64,000 nt of DNA from an uncultured delta proteobacterium. Its GTDB lineage: Bacteria; Myxococcota_A; UBA9160; SMWR01. The notes below the pieces were generated by a model. It ran no database searches and was not told the DNA's origin. It saw only the letters and a list, made by a program, of their open reading frames with translations. A program made the translations under genes and the position numbers. The stretch covers positions 32,001-96,000 of the forward strand of contig CAWHTE010000001.1 of the NCBI GenBank assembly GCA_963832165.1. Reading direction: 5' to 3'. Positions 19,243 to 29,642 of the stretch are shown piece by piece (positions within the stretch are counted from its first letter, which is position 1; every line of letters starts with the position of its first letter).

Positions 19243-20022
19243 TCAGCCATCCCGACGAGCGCTGCGCGGGATCTCCGCGGAGCGGCCGCGGTGAAGCCGA
19301 TAGATGCCGGCCGCCCACTGCGCGGCCGGATGCTCCAGGACCGCGGCGCGGTAGTCGCGCAGATAGGGCGGCAGCTCGAAGTCGAACGGATACTGGATCT
19401 CGGGCGGCTGCAAGAGCGGCGAGATCATCGACGCCGCCGTGAGGTCCGCGACCGTGAACGAATCTCCCACGAGATAGGCCCGGCCCTGCCGTTCCCGTTC
19501 GATCCGATCGAGCGCGGCGCGGACGGTCGCACGATCGGCCTCGAGATTCGCGTCGCTCATCTTGTGGCGGAAGCGGTAGTAGGTCGGGAAGATCCACAAG
19601 ATCGACCGCAGCATCCGGTAGGCGTCCTTTGGCATGCCCGCCGTGAGCATGCGCAGTGCGACCTCGGGATCGTGCTGGAACAGCGGCGTGATCGCGGCCG
19701 CGCGCAGCGCCGGGCCGAAATGCTCGTCGAAATCATCCTCGAGCTCGAGCGCGCGCTGACGCGCGGCGGCGTCGCGCGGATAGAGCGGCGGATCGGGATG
19801 GAGCTCTTCGAGCGCGGCGATGATCTGCGTCGAATCGCCGATCGCGCGCCCACCCACGAACAGGATCGGCAGCGTGCCGCGTCCCGTCGCGCGCCAGGCG
19901 CGGACCAGGTAGGTCGCGCCGAGCGTCTTGCGGCGGTGCGCGATGTGCTTGTAGTCGAGCGTCCACCGGACCTTCTCGCTGAAATGCGAGAGGGGGATGT
20001 GCCACAGCAGCACAGGATCCAT
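19243..20022 (-). CDS. Glutathione S-transferase family
   Basis: SHFSEKVRW, DSTQII and YLVGDSFTVADL. Confidence 0.9.
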   Translation of the reverse strand: MDPVLLWHIPLSHFSEKVRWTLDYKHIAHRRKTLGATYLVRAWRATGRGTLPILFVGGRAIGDSTQIIAALEELHPDPPLYPRDAAARQRALELEDDFDEHFGPALRAAAITPLFQHDPEVALRMLTAGMPKDAYRMLRSILWIFPTYYRFRHKMSDANLEADRATVRAALDRIERERQGRAYLVGDSFTVADLTAASMISPLLQPPEIQYPFDFELPPYLRDYRAAVLEHPAAQWAAGIYRLHRGRSAEIPRSARRDG

Positions 20023-20037
20023 GGTGGCCTCGCTCTT

Positions 20038-20478
20038 TCAAATCTCCACTTTCAGACCGTGGCGGCCGCCCACTTCCGCGAGCTGTGCGATGGTGGGATC
20101 TTTGGGTGGGATCTCGCGCGCGAAGTCGGCGAACATTCTCGAGGCGCCGAGGCGCGACGTCATCGAGATCATCTCGGCCCCGCCCGCACCGAAGCGGAAC
20201 CAGTGCGGCGTTCCGGCGGGCAGATGCACGAGCGTTCCCGGCGCTGCCGTCGTTTGCTCGCCATCGATGCCGAACTCGACCGCGCCCTTCACGATGTAGA
20301 ACGACTCGTCCCAGGGATGGCTATGCGGAGGGGGGCCGGCCCCGGCAGGTCCACGCTGCAGGAAGATCTCGTAGCCCTGGGTCGCTTCGCCCGAAGCGAG
20401 CACCGTGACGTGTTCGCCCACGATGTCGAGCGTGGGCGGATAGCTCTGCGGCTCGACCACGAACGCCTTTGCAGCCAT
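20038..20478 (-). CDS. Cupin domain protein
   Basis: PPPHSHPWDESFY and PAGTPH; Shine-Dalgarno-like GAGGAG upstream of ATG 20478. Confidence 0.85.
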   Translation of the reverse strand: MAAKAFVVEPQSYPPTLDIVGEHVTVLASGEATQGYEIFLQRGPAGAGPPPHSHPWDESFYIVKGAVEFGIDGEQTTAAPGTLVHLPAGTPHWFRFGAGGAEMISMTSRLGASRMFADFAREIPPKDPTIAQLAEVGGRHGLKVEI

Positions 20479-20497
20479 CGACTCGTCTCCTCTTGAA

Positions 20498-21118
20498 TCA
20501 GGTGCACGCGCGTGCGAGAGCCTCGGCCGAGGATACCGCGAAGCGCCGCTGCAGGCGGCGCGCCAACGGGTAACCGAGCTTCGACAGCCAGATCGCGGGG
20601 CGCGAGAACGCGGTGATCTCGTAGAGCACCTCGCCCGACGCCGGGTCGAAGGAGAGCTGGAACCGCTCCTCGCCGCACTCCACATGGCCGCGCAGCGTGC
20701 CGTAGGCGTAGGCCACGGAGTTCGGGTCGCTCGTCGAATCGATGTACACCACGCGGCAGGGATTCGAGAACCAGACGCCCGCCACCGAAGCAACGGTCGC
20801 GACGACCTGATCCGCGGCGACGGATCGCGTGCCGTGGAACTCGAGCCACGGGATCTCGAACTGGCGCCACGCCAGCAGCGCAGATCTCGCGCGCTCGAAG
20901 TGAGCACGGCCGCTGCCCAGCGGGAACCGGCGGTAATCCACGTCGTAGCGGGAAGCCAGCCTCTCGCGCGTGCCCGCCTCGTCCAGCTTCGCGGTCGCTC
21001 CGACTTCCGGATAGGTCGTGTCACCCGAGGCGCGAAGCAGCGTCTCGATCTCCCGATCGGAAGGACGTCGCAGGCGGTTCACTTCGACGGCGTCATCGGC
21101 GGGCTCGAGCCTGGTCAC
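20498..21118 (-). CDS. DUF1990 family protein
   Basis: TYPEVGAT, PCRVVY and YGTLRGHVECGEERF. Confidence 0.85.
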   Translation of the reverse strand: MTRLEPADDAVEVNRLRRPSDREIETLLRASGDTTYPEVGATAKLDEAGTRERLASRYDVDYRRFPLGSGRAHFERARSALLAWRQFEIPWLEFHGTRSVAADQVVATVASVAGVWFSNPCRVVYIDSTSDPNSVAYAYGTLRGHVECGEERFQLSFDPASGEVLYEITAFSRPAIWLSKLGYPLARRLQRRFAVSSAEALARACT

Positions 21119-21123
21119 ACCGC

Positions 21124-21787
21124 TCAGTCACGCCCGGGATCTCCCAGCGGAAATATCGCGCGATAGGGCCGCGCCTCGTCGACCGCGCGCGCGTAGGAGG
21201 GCCGCGCGAGCAGGCGCTTGCGATAGTCGCGCACGCGCGCGTGCTCGGGCGCGATCGGATGCACCCAGTCGGCGTAGAGCAGCGAGGGTGCGGCGGCGCA
21301 GTCGGCGAGGCTGAACGCGCTTCCAACGGCCCATTCGCGCTGTGCGAGCTGGCCATCGAGCCAGGCGTAGGCGGTATCGAGCAGCGCGCGCGCTTCGCCG
21401 ACGCCGTGCGCGTCGCGCTCCTCTGGCTTGCGGATCGCGTCGAACACGATCTTCTGCATCGGCGTCATCACGTAGTTGTCGAAGAAGCGGTCCAGCATCC
21501 GCACTTCGAGCGCCGCGCGCGGGTCGTCGGGAACGAAGCGCACGCGGCCGCGGATGGAAGACGTCGAGGTGCTCGACGATGATGGTCGCCTCGACAACGG
21601 TGCGGCCCGCATCGATCAGCATGGGCATTCTTCGCAGCGGCCAGCGCGCGGCGAACTCGGCCGCGATCTTCTCGCGTCGGCCCGGACCGAGCATGCGCAG
21701 CTCGAACGGCGTCGCGTTCTCGTAGAGCGCGATGAGCACCTTCTGGCAGTACGACGAGAAGGGATGGGCGTAGAGCTGGAGCGACAT
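21124..21787 (-). CDS. Glutathione S-transferase (frameshift near 21555)
   Basis: N-half HPFSSYCQKVLIALYE; C-half DRFFDNYVMTPMQKIV...FSLADCAAAP lies in a second frame. Confidence 0.85.
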
Positions 21788-21795
21788 CGGACGCG

Positions 21796-22587
21796 CTAGA
21801 GCGGCTTCACGGGCACCGACATCGACGGATGCTCGGTGCCGCCGTCGACCTGGAAGATCTTGCCGGTGACCCACGCGCTCGCGGGCGACGCGAGGTAGAG
21901 CGCGCACGCGGCGATGTCCTCGACGGTGCCGGGCCGGCCCATCGGCGTGTTGCGGTTGAACTGCTCGCGCAGCGCGTCGTTCGTGAGCACGACCGCAAGC
22001 GCGTCCGTCTCCACGCCGCCTACCGAGATCGCGTTGACGCGCACCTTGGGCGCGACCTCCACGGCGAGATTGCGGGTCATCATGTTGAGCGCGGCCTTGC
22101 CCGCGCCGTAGGCGACGAACGCGGTCTGCACCATGTCGCTCGAGCGCGACGAGATGTTCACGATCGCGCCGCCGCCCGCGGTCGCGACCATGTGCGGAAT
22201 GCAGAGCTTCGAGAGCAGGAACGCCTGCGTCACGTTCATGCGCAGCGCGTTCTCGAAGAAGCGCTCGCTGGTGTCGAGCGCGGCGCGCGGGCCCGAGCCG
22301 CCCGCGTTGTTCACGAGCACGTCGATCCGGCCGAACTCCGCGAGCGCGGCCGCGACGAGCCGCTCGAGGTCCGCGACCTGGAGCACGTCGGTGGGCACCG
22401 CCAGCGCGCGCCGGCCGCGCTGCGCCACCTCTTTCGCGGTGTCCTCGATGTCGGCGGGCGTGCGCGCGGCGCACACGACGTCGGCGCCCGCCTCCGCGAA
22501 CGCGAGCGCGATGCCGCGCCCGATTCCCTTGCCCGCACCCGTGACGATCGCGACGCGGTCGGTGAGCTTGAAGCGATCGAGGATCAC
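21796..22587 (-). CDS. Short-chain dehydrogenase/reductase (hydroxysteroid-dehydrogenase-like)
   Basis: GTG start (ILDRFKLTDR); TGAGKGIG, NNAGG and YGAGK. Confidence 0.9.
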   Translation of the reverse strand: MILDRFKLTDRVAIVTGAGKGIGRGIALAFAEAGADVVCAARTPADIEDTAKEVAQRGRRALAVPTDVLQVADLERLVAAALAEFGRIDVLVNNAGGSGPRAALDTSERFFENALRMNVTQAFLLSKLCIPHMVATAGGGAIVNISSRSSDMVQTAFVAYGAGKAALNMMTRNLAVEVAPKVRVNAISVGGVETDALAVVLTNDALREQFNRNTPMGRPGTVEDIAACALYLASPASAWVTGKIFQVDGGTEHPSMSVPVKPL

Positions 22588-23643
22588 CGCGCGAGCTCCG
22601 GCGCCGCGCGTCCCGCGACGAGCGGCAGATCGAGGTAGGTCTGGATGCCCGGCTCCGCGCGGCACACGTACGGAATCGCGGAGACGCCGTGGATCGCGGT
22701 CGCGACGATGCCCGGGTTGCGCACGAGGCCCGCCTGCGATCGACTCGGGGTGCCAGCCGTGGAACGTGACCTTCGCGGTCGGATCGCCCGTCACCTGCAC
22801 CTCGAAGCGCTCGCCCTCGGGCCCGAAGTTCCACGCGGGGTCGAGGTTCTCCTCGCCCATGAACCAGTTCGTGCGCACCGTGATCACGGGCTCGCCGCGC
22901 ACCGTGCCCTCCCAGGTGAAGCGCTGAGCCGCGACGTGCCCGGGCTGGATCTTCCCGATCGGCGAGTCGATCGGCGCGGTCGCCACCGACACCTCGTGCT
23001 TCGTGCGCCGCTTCTCGTCGAGCGCGAAGCCGAGCGCGTCGGCCACCATGTCGATCGACTGCAGGAAGCCGCCGCCCATCACCGCCAGCATCGGGCTCTT
23101 CGCGGCCTGCTCGGGCGTCTTCCCGAACAGCATCAGGTCGCCCACCACCTGCGGCGCGCCGTAGGTGCGGATGTCCGAGAACTCCTCCGCGCGCACGTGC
23201 GTGACGTTGCGCGAGAGCGCCGAGATCATGAGCGGGAAGCGCTCGGTGATGCCGCCCGGGTGGATGCCCGTGCCGTGCAGCGTGACTCCGCCCTTCCGAC
23301 ACGCCTGCTCGAGGTCGGCCACCTTCGCCTTGTTCGGGTAGAACCAGTTGAGCGGTGTCACGACGTTCTTGCCCGACTCGAGGATCCGGATCACCTCCTC
23401 GCGCTGCGCCATGATCGGCGAGTACATCACGCAGTCGGCTTCGAGTGCGAGCAGCTCCGCGACGTCGTTGGTCGCGCGCACGCCGATCGGACCGATTCCG
23501 CACAGCTCGCCGACGTCCACGCCGGCCTTGTCGGCGCTGTGCACCCAGCAGCCGACGAGCTCGAGCTCGGGGTGCGAGAGGATTCCCTCGATCGCGGCGC
23601 GTCCGACGCCGCCCGTGGCCCACTGGATCACGCGATACTTCAT
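22584..23643 (-). CDS. NAD(P)H-dependent amine dehydrogenase / dihydrodipicolinate reductase-like (frameshift near 22735)
   Basis: VIQWATGGVG and HGTGIHPG. The C-terminus GLVRNPGIVATAIH...GIQTYLDLPL is in a shifted frame and ends at a TGA overlapping the next GTG. Confidence 0.85.
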
Positions 23644-23698
23644 CTCAGCCCTCCGCGCGCGCGAGGAGGGTCACGCTATCAGCCGTGCGATCAGCGCG

Positions 23699-25207
23699 TC
23701 AAGCGCGCCGTCGCGCGAGCGCTCCGACGAGCAACGCGCCCGCGCAGAGCCCTGCGAGGGCGGGCTCGGGCAGACACTGCGGCGCGATCTGCGCGCGCAT
23801 GTCGCCGGACTGGAGCGCGCCGCCCTCGAGGTGGTAGGCGGACCGATAGTAGATGGACAAGAGATTGGCGGTGCACTTGTCCGCGATCTGGTACGGGACG
23901 TTGCCCGCGAACGGATCGTCCGGGTGGGCCGCAGCGAGCACCGGGTCGTACGTGCCCGCGCCGATCGAGTGCGCGTCGGCGGTCTCGTCGAAGGAGCCCG
24001 CGATCAAGCGCGGCGTCGCCGTCGGGTCGTTCTTCAGGTAGCGGTCGAACCACGCGAGCGTGTAGTAGAGCGCCACCCGCTCGCCGTAGCGACTCGACGG
24101 GAAGTTCGCCGGGAACGGCTGGTAGCCCCACTCGTAGTGATCGCTCGCGCGCGACGTGATCGTCATCGTGTCGACGTTCGCGGCTACGAGCTGGGCGAAC
24201 GCGCCCTTGTGCTGATCGGGATCGGGGTTGGCGAGCATCGGCGTCGGGGTCGCCGGGAATGCGTAGTCGGTATAGAAATAGAGCGAGGGCGTGCGGCGCG
24301 GGACGCCCTCGGCGAGCGTGCCGTCGAGATTGTCGTAGGAGACGGCTGCGCCCACGCGCAGGTCTTCCTGCCCGAGCGGCGTCACCGCGATCGCGCCGAG
24401 CGAATGGCCCGCGATACCGACGGGGACGTCGCGATCGATCGCCTCCCAGAACGGATTGAACGTGGGCGTGCCGGCCGCGTTCGCGCCGAGCGCCCACGGA
24501 TAGGGATCCGACGGCGTCGAGAGCACGAAGTCGATCGCCGAGCGCGTGTCGTTGGGCTGGTTTAGAAACGGACAACCCGTCAGCGTGCCATCGGGCGCGT
24601 GTGCGCAGATCTCGCTGTCGCCCTGGCCCATTGGATCGATGATGAGCACGACATAACCCGCCTCGGCCATCTCCTGCGGGAACCACGCGTTCACCTCGTT
24701 GTAGGACTGGAGGCCCGGCGTGAACGTGAGCGCGGGATAGGTGTGGGTCGTGTCGAGCGGAGCGAGCAGCCGCGCGCGCAGCTTCCCACCATCGCGGTTG
24801 ATGAAATAGAACTTGATGTGCCGGCCGCGACCTGCCGCCGCCCACTCCTCGAAGCTGCGGAACGGATCCGTCACTTTCGCCGCCGCGATCAGAGCCGTGG
24901 GTCCATGCAGGCGGAGGATCGGGTCGGCGGCCCATTCGGGCGCGGTCACGGTGGCGAACTCGATCTCCTCGATCGCGGTCTGCTCGAGCTGCTTCGCGAG
25001 GAACGCGGGGCTCAGGTCGGCGTCGCTGAAGCGCTGGTACCCGCACGCGACGTTGGCCAGGTCGCGCGCCACCCACTCCGCGGTGCCCTCGGCCGGGTCG
25101 CCCGCGTACTCGTCGCAGACGAGCTGGGCGCGCACTTCGAGCGGAAGCGCCGTGAGGCCAAGCGCCAGCGCAGCAACAGCCGGCCAGCTCTGCATATTTC
25201 GCGTCAT
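23699..25207 (-). CDS. Secreted alpha/beta hydrolase with a PEP-CTERM anchor
   Basis: Signal peptide; GHSLG; C-terminal LPEPALAGLCAGALLVGALARRRA. Confidence 0.8.
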   Translation of the reverse strand: MTRNMQSWPAVAALALGLTALPLEVRAQLVCDEYAGDPAEGTAEWVARDLANVACGYQRFSDADLSPAFLAKQLEQTAIEEIEFATVTAPEWAADPILRLHGPTALIAAAKVTDPFRSFEEWAAAGRGRHIKFYFINRDGGKLRARLLAPLDTTHTYPALTFTPGLQSYNEVNAWFPQEMAEAGYVVLIIDPMGQGDSEICAHAPDGTLTGCPFLNQPNDTRSAIDFVLSTPSDPYPWALGANAAGTPTFNPFWEAIDRDVPVGIAGHSLGAIAVTPLGQEDLRVGAAVSYDNLDGTLAEGVPRRTPSLYFYTDYAFPATPTPMLANPDPDQHKGAFAQLVAANVDTMTITSRASDHYEWGYQPFPANFPSSRYGERVALYYTLAWFDRYLKNDPTATPRLIAGSFDETADAHSIGAGTYDPVLAAAHPDDPFAGNVPYQIADKCTANLLSIYYRSAYHLEGGALQSGDMRAQIAPQCLPEPALAGLCAGALLVGALARRRA

Positions 25208-25297
25208 GGATCCTCTGTCGGCCCGAGGAGCCACCCTATCAGTCGCTCGGCTCGCGGGTCAAGGAGCGCCGACCGCGAATGCTATTCGTGAGTCGAA

Positions 25298-27037
25298 TCA
25301 TGCCGCGCGCGAACGCGCGTTCGTGCGCAGGAGTCGACCAGGTGTGGTTCCTGTGCAGCGGTTGCCCTCGAACGTGATCTCACCGCCGACGATCGTCCAG
25401 TGGTAGCCCTCGGCCTTCTGCACGCGGCGCCACTCGTTCGCGGGCTGGTCGTGCGCGATCGGCGCGCTCGTCCAGTGCGGCGCGCGCTTGATCGTCCGAG
25501 GGTCGTAGACGATCAGGTCCGCGGCGAGCCCCTCGATCACCGCACCGCGATCGCGCATGCCGGCCGCCTGCGCGGGCAGCCACGCGAGCTTGTGGTGGGC
25601 CTGTTCCGCGGACAGCACTGCCGTCTCGCGCACGAGCCACTCGAGCACGTCGGTGGAGTACGCGCCGCCCGTGGCGAACTTGCCGTGCGCGCCGCCGTCG
25701 GACACACCCGCCATCACGTACGGAGACGAGAGCAGTTCCGCCACGTGCTGCGGATCGTCGCCGCTCGCACTTCGGGTGAGGAAGCTCGCGTTCAGGCCGT
25801 CCTCGAGCGAGAGATCGAATAGACACTCGACGGGATGCTGCGCGCGGTCACGCGCGATGTCGCCAAGCGGGCGCCCGACGAGCGGCGCCAGCGACGCAGC
25901 ACTCGCATAGCTCTCGAACACCCAGTCTTCGACCGGACCGCCGAGCACTGCGACCGGGATTTTCTTCGCGTCGTACTCCGCGACCATCGCGCGGCGTAGC
26001 TCCGGGTCGCGCAGGTTCCTCGTCTTGCGCTCGCGCGAGCCCTGGAGCGCGCGGTTCCAGGTCGGCGCCATGTCGTAGAGGTTCCAGTCTTCGAGTGTCA
26101 CGTGGAACGGCTGGCGTACCGTGACGCCCTGACCGTAGATCGCGAGCCCGCGCCGGTGACAGTCGGCGAGCCAGGCGACCTGGCGCCGGTGGAGGTCCGG
26201 GTAGCCGTTCACCGCCTGCACGACGTTGAAGAGCACCGGCCGGCCCGCCGCCGCGGCGAGGCGCTCGACCACGGCCTGGTTCTCGTGCGTGCGCCGCTCG
26301 CTCGCCTGCGTGATCTCGATGAAGCCCGTGCCGCAGCGCGCGAGCGCGCGGCCGAGCGCGAGCAGATCCGCCTCGGCCATCGTGTCGGTCGCCATCGGTG
26401 TGCCGTCGAAATCGGTCTGCGCGGTGTCGGGACCCATGCGCTGGAGCGACCAGCCGCACGCGCCCGCGCCGACCGCCTCCGCGATCAGGCGGTCGATCTC
26501 CGCGCGCTCGGCGTCGTTCGGCGAGCGGCGCTTGGCCGCCTCGATGCCCATCACCCAGTACAGGATCGCGAGGGTCGGCGCATAGCTCGCGCAGTTCACG
26601 CCCTTCGGAATCCGCTCGAGCGTGTCGAGCCACTCCGGAATCGTCACCCAGTCCCAGAGCAGGCCCTTGCGCATCGCGTCGAGCCCGATCGCCTCGGTGC
26701 GCGACATCGTGCGCATCGCGAGCTCGCGATCTTCGGGCCGCACCGGCGCGAAGCCGAAGCCGCAGTTGCCGAGCACCACCGTGGTGACGCCGTGCCAGCC
26801 CGAGATCGTGCACCACGGATCCCACTGGATCTGCGCGTCGTAGTGCGTGTGCAGGTCGACGTGGCCGGGCGCGACGACGAGGCCGTCGACGTCGATGCTG
26901 CGCCGCGCGCGCGCCGCGTCGACGCGCCCGATCTCGGCGATCCGCGCGCCGCGGATCGCGACGTCGGCCGTGTACCTCGGGATGCCGGTGCCGTCGACGA
27001 CGTGGCCACCGCGCAGCACGAGGTCGAAGTCCGGCAT
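25298..27037 (-). CDS. N-acyl-D-amino-acid deacylase-like amidohydrolase
   Basis: DLHTHYDAQ, GNCGFGFAP and SDGGAH. Confidence 0.9.
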   Translation of the reverse strand: MPDFDLVLRGGHVVDGTGIPRYTADVAIRGARIAEIGRVDAARARRSIDVDGLVVAPGHVDLHTHYDAQIQWDPWCTISGWHGVTTVVLGNCGFGFAPVRPEDRELAMRTMSRTEAIGLDAMRKGLLWDWVTIPEWLDTLERIPKGVNCASYAPTLAILYWVMGIEAAKRRSPNDAERAEIDRLIAEAVGAGACGWSLQRMGPDTAQTDFDGTPMATDTMAEADLLALGRALARCGTGFIEITQASERRTHENQAVVERLAAAAGRPVLFNVVQAVNGYPDLHRRQVAWLADCHRRGLAIYGQGVTVRQPFHVTLEDWNLYDMAPTWNRALQGSRERKTRNLRDPELRRAMVAEYDAKKIPVAVLGGPVEDWVFESYASAASLAPLVGRPLGDIARDRAQHPVECLFDLSLEDGLNASFLTRSASGDDPQHVAELLSSPYVMAGVSDGGAHGKFATGGAYSTDVLEWLVRETAVLSAEQAHHKLAWLPAQAAGMRDRGAVIEGLAADLIVYDPRTIKRAPHWTSAPIAHDQPANEWRRVQKAEGYHWTIVGGEITFEGNRCTGTTPGRLLRTNARSRAA

Positions 27038-27046
27038 GGCGTCCCG

Positions 27047-27841
27047 CTAGATGTCGGCGCGCGGCATCTCGAAGTTGATCCGCACGAGCCCGCCGTTGCA
27101 GCCGTAGATCTCGCCCGTTACGAAGCTCGCCGCAGGCGACGCCAGATAGAGTGCGCACGCGGCGATGTCCTCGACCTCCCCGAGCCGCGCCATCGGCGTC
27201 ATCGCGACCATGCTCCTCTCGATCTTGTCGTTGAGGATCGTGCCGAGCGCGTCGGTGCGGATCGAGCCGACCGCGATCGCGTTCACGCGCACCTTCGGCG
27301 CGAAGTCCTGCGCGAGCTGCTCGGTCAGGAACGAGAGCGCGGCCTTCGCGGTGCCGTAGGCGGCGAAGCCCGCCGAGTGCAGACGCCCCGCCACCGAAGA
27401 GATGTTCACGATCGCTCCCGTGCCCGCGGTCTTCACGATCTCGGGCACGACGAGCCGCGTCATCTCGAACGCGGTGGTCACGTTGAAGCGGAAGCAGGCC
27501 TCGAACTCCTTCTCGCTGGTCGCGAGCGTGGGCTTGGGGGGCCAGCCGCCCGCGTTGTTCACGAGGATGTCGAGACGACCGAACTCTTCGAGCGCCGTCT
27601 CCACGAGCTCGACGCGCTGCGAGGCCTCGAGCACATCACACGGGAACGCGAGCGCGCGGCGTCCGCGCGCGCGCACCTGCTCGGCGGTTTGTTCGATCTG
27701 ATCGACGCTGCGCGCCGACACCACGACGTCTGCGCCCGCGTCCGCGAACGCGAGCGCGCAGGCGGCGCCGATGCCGCGGCCCGAGCCGGTCACGATCGCG
27801 ACTTGTCCGTCGAGGCGGAATCGATCGAGAATGCTGGACAT
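27047..27841 (-). CDS. Short-chain dehydrogenase/reductase (paralog of 21796-22587)
   Basis: TGSGRGIG, NNAGG, YGTAK and EDIAACALYLASPA. Confidence 0.9.
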   Translation of the reverse strand: MSSILDRFRLDGQVAIVTGSGRGIGAACALAFADAGADVVVSARSVDQIEQTAEQVRARGRRALAFPCDVLEASQRVELVETALEEFGRLDILVNNAGGWPPKPTLATSEKEFEACFRFNVTTAFEMTRLVVPEIVKTAGTGAIVNISSVAGRLHSAGFAAYGTAKAALSFLTEQLAQDFAPKVRVNAIAVGSIRTDALGTILNDKIERSMVAMTPMARLGEVEDIAACALYLASPAASFVTGEIYGCNGGLVRINFEMPRADI

Positions 27842-27928
27842 GGGGGGCTCCCTCTGAATCTTCGTTCGTCGTGTACCTTATCGCGGCACGCGCCCACACG
27901 CCGAGCCACGGCTCCGAAGGATTCTGCG

Positions 27929-29642
27929 ATGGCCTACGACCTCGTCATTCGCAACGGCACCCTGATCGACGGCACCGGCGCCGCGCCGCGTCCGGGCGAT
28001 GTAGCGATACAGGACGGCCGCATCGCTGCAGTCGGGCAGGTTTCCGGCAGCGCCGCGCGCTCGCTCGACGCCGCGGGGCTGGCCGTGACGCCGGGCTTCG
28101 TCGACATCCACACCCACTACGACGGCCAGGCCACCTGGGATCCGCAGCTCGCGCCGTCCTGCTATCACGGCGTCACCACGGCCGTGATGGGCAACTGCGG
28201 CGTCGGCTTCGCACCGGTGCGGCCGGATCAGCACGACTTCCTGATCCAGCTCATGGAGGGCGTCGAGGACATTCCGGGCGCCGCACTCCACGAGGGCATC
28301 CAGTGGGAGTGGGAGAGCTTCCCCGAGTATCTCGACGCGCTCGAGCGGCGCCGCTTCAGCATGGACCTCGGCACACAGGTGCCGCACGGCGCCGTGCGCG
28401 CATACGTGATGGGCGAGCGCGGCGCGAACAACGCGCCGGCCACGCCGGACGACATCGCGCAGATGGCCGCGATCGTGAAGCAGGGCGTCGCCGCGGGCGC
28501 GCTCGGCTTCTCCACGTCGCGCACGATCGCGCACCGCGCGATCTCGGGCGAGCCCGTGCCCGGCACGTTCGCGGCCGAGGACGAGCTGTTCGGGCTCGGG
28601 CGCGTGCTCGGCGAGCTCGGGCGCGGCGTGTTCGAGCTCGCGGGCGCGGGCGCAGCGGGCGAGGACGTCATCGCGCCGAAGACCGAGCTCGACTGGATGC
28701 GCCGCCTCTCGGCCGAGACGGGCCGGCCGATCACGTTCGCGATGCTCCAGGTCGACGCCGCGCCGCAGCTCTGGCGCGAGCTGCTCCAGCTCTCCGCGGA
28801 CGCGGTGCGCGACGGCGCGCAGATCTATCCGCAGGTCGCGGGGCGCCCGTTCGGCCTGCTGATCGGACACCAGACCACGGTGCATCCGTTCGCGGCCTGT
28901 CCGAGCTATACCGCGCTGCTCGCGCTGCCGTTCGAGGAGCGCGTGCGCCGCATGCGCACGGCCGAGGTGCGCCGCGCGATCCTCGCCGAGGCTTCGCCCG
29001 AGACGTCGATGCTGCTGCGCGGGCTGCACCGCACGTTCCCGATGGGCGACCCGCCCAACTACGAGCCCGGCTACGAGGATTCGATCGAGGCGATCGCGAA
29101 GCGCACGAATCGCGACGCGACCGAGCTGCTCTACGACCGCATGCTCGAGCGCGATGGTCGCGAGGTCCTGCTCGTGCCCGTGCTCAACTACTCCGAGCTC
29201 ACGGCAGACCCGATCCGCGAGATGATGTACCACCCGCGCGCTTCGCTCGGGCTCGGCGACGGCGGCGCGCACTGCGGCGTGATCTGCGACGCGTCGATCC
29301 AGACCTTCATGCTCACGCACTGGGTGCGCGACCGCAGCCGCGGTGCGCGCATTCCCGTGGAGTTCGCGGTGAAGCGCATGAGCCGCGACACCGCGGAGCT
29401 GTTCGGCCTCTCCGACCGCGGCACGCTCGAGGTGGGCAAGAAGGCCGACGTGAACGTGATCGATCTCGCAGGCCTGCGCCTGCGCGCGCCCGAGATGATC
29501 TTCGACCTGCCCGCGGGCGGGCGCCGCTTCATGCAGCGCGCGCAGGGCTACCGCGCGACGATCGTCTCCGGCGAGATCACGCTCGAGCACGACGAGCTCA
29601 CGGGCGCGCTGCCCGGGCGGCTCGTGCGGGGCGCGTGCATGA
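27929..29642 (+). CDS. N-acyl-D-amino-acid deacylase-like amidohydrolase
   Basis: DIHTHYDGQ, GNCGVGFAP and GDGGAHCG. The expected end (PGRLVRG) runs in frame into the P450 start, so the true stop is uncertain. Confidence 0.85.

Noticed and set aside
21796..23643. Apparent 615-aa amine dehydrogenase-SDR fusion
   Set aside because: A frameshift near 22735 hides the true C-terminus, which ends at a TGA overlapping the SDR GTG.
22584..23643. Lysine-pathway dapB
   Set aside because: Length and motifs fit the amine-dehydrogenase-like family rather than canonical DapB.
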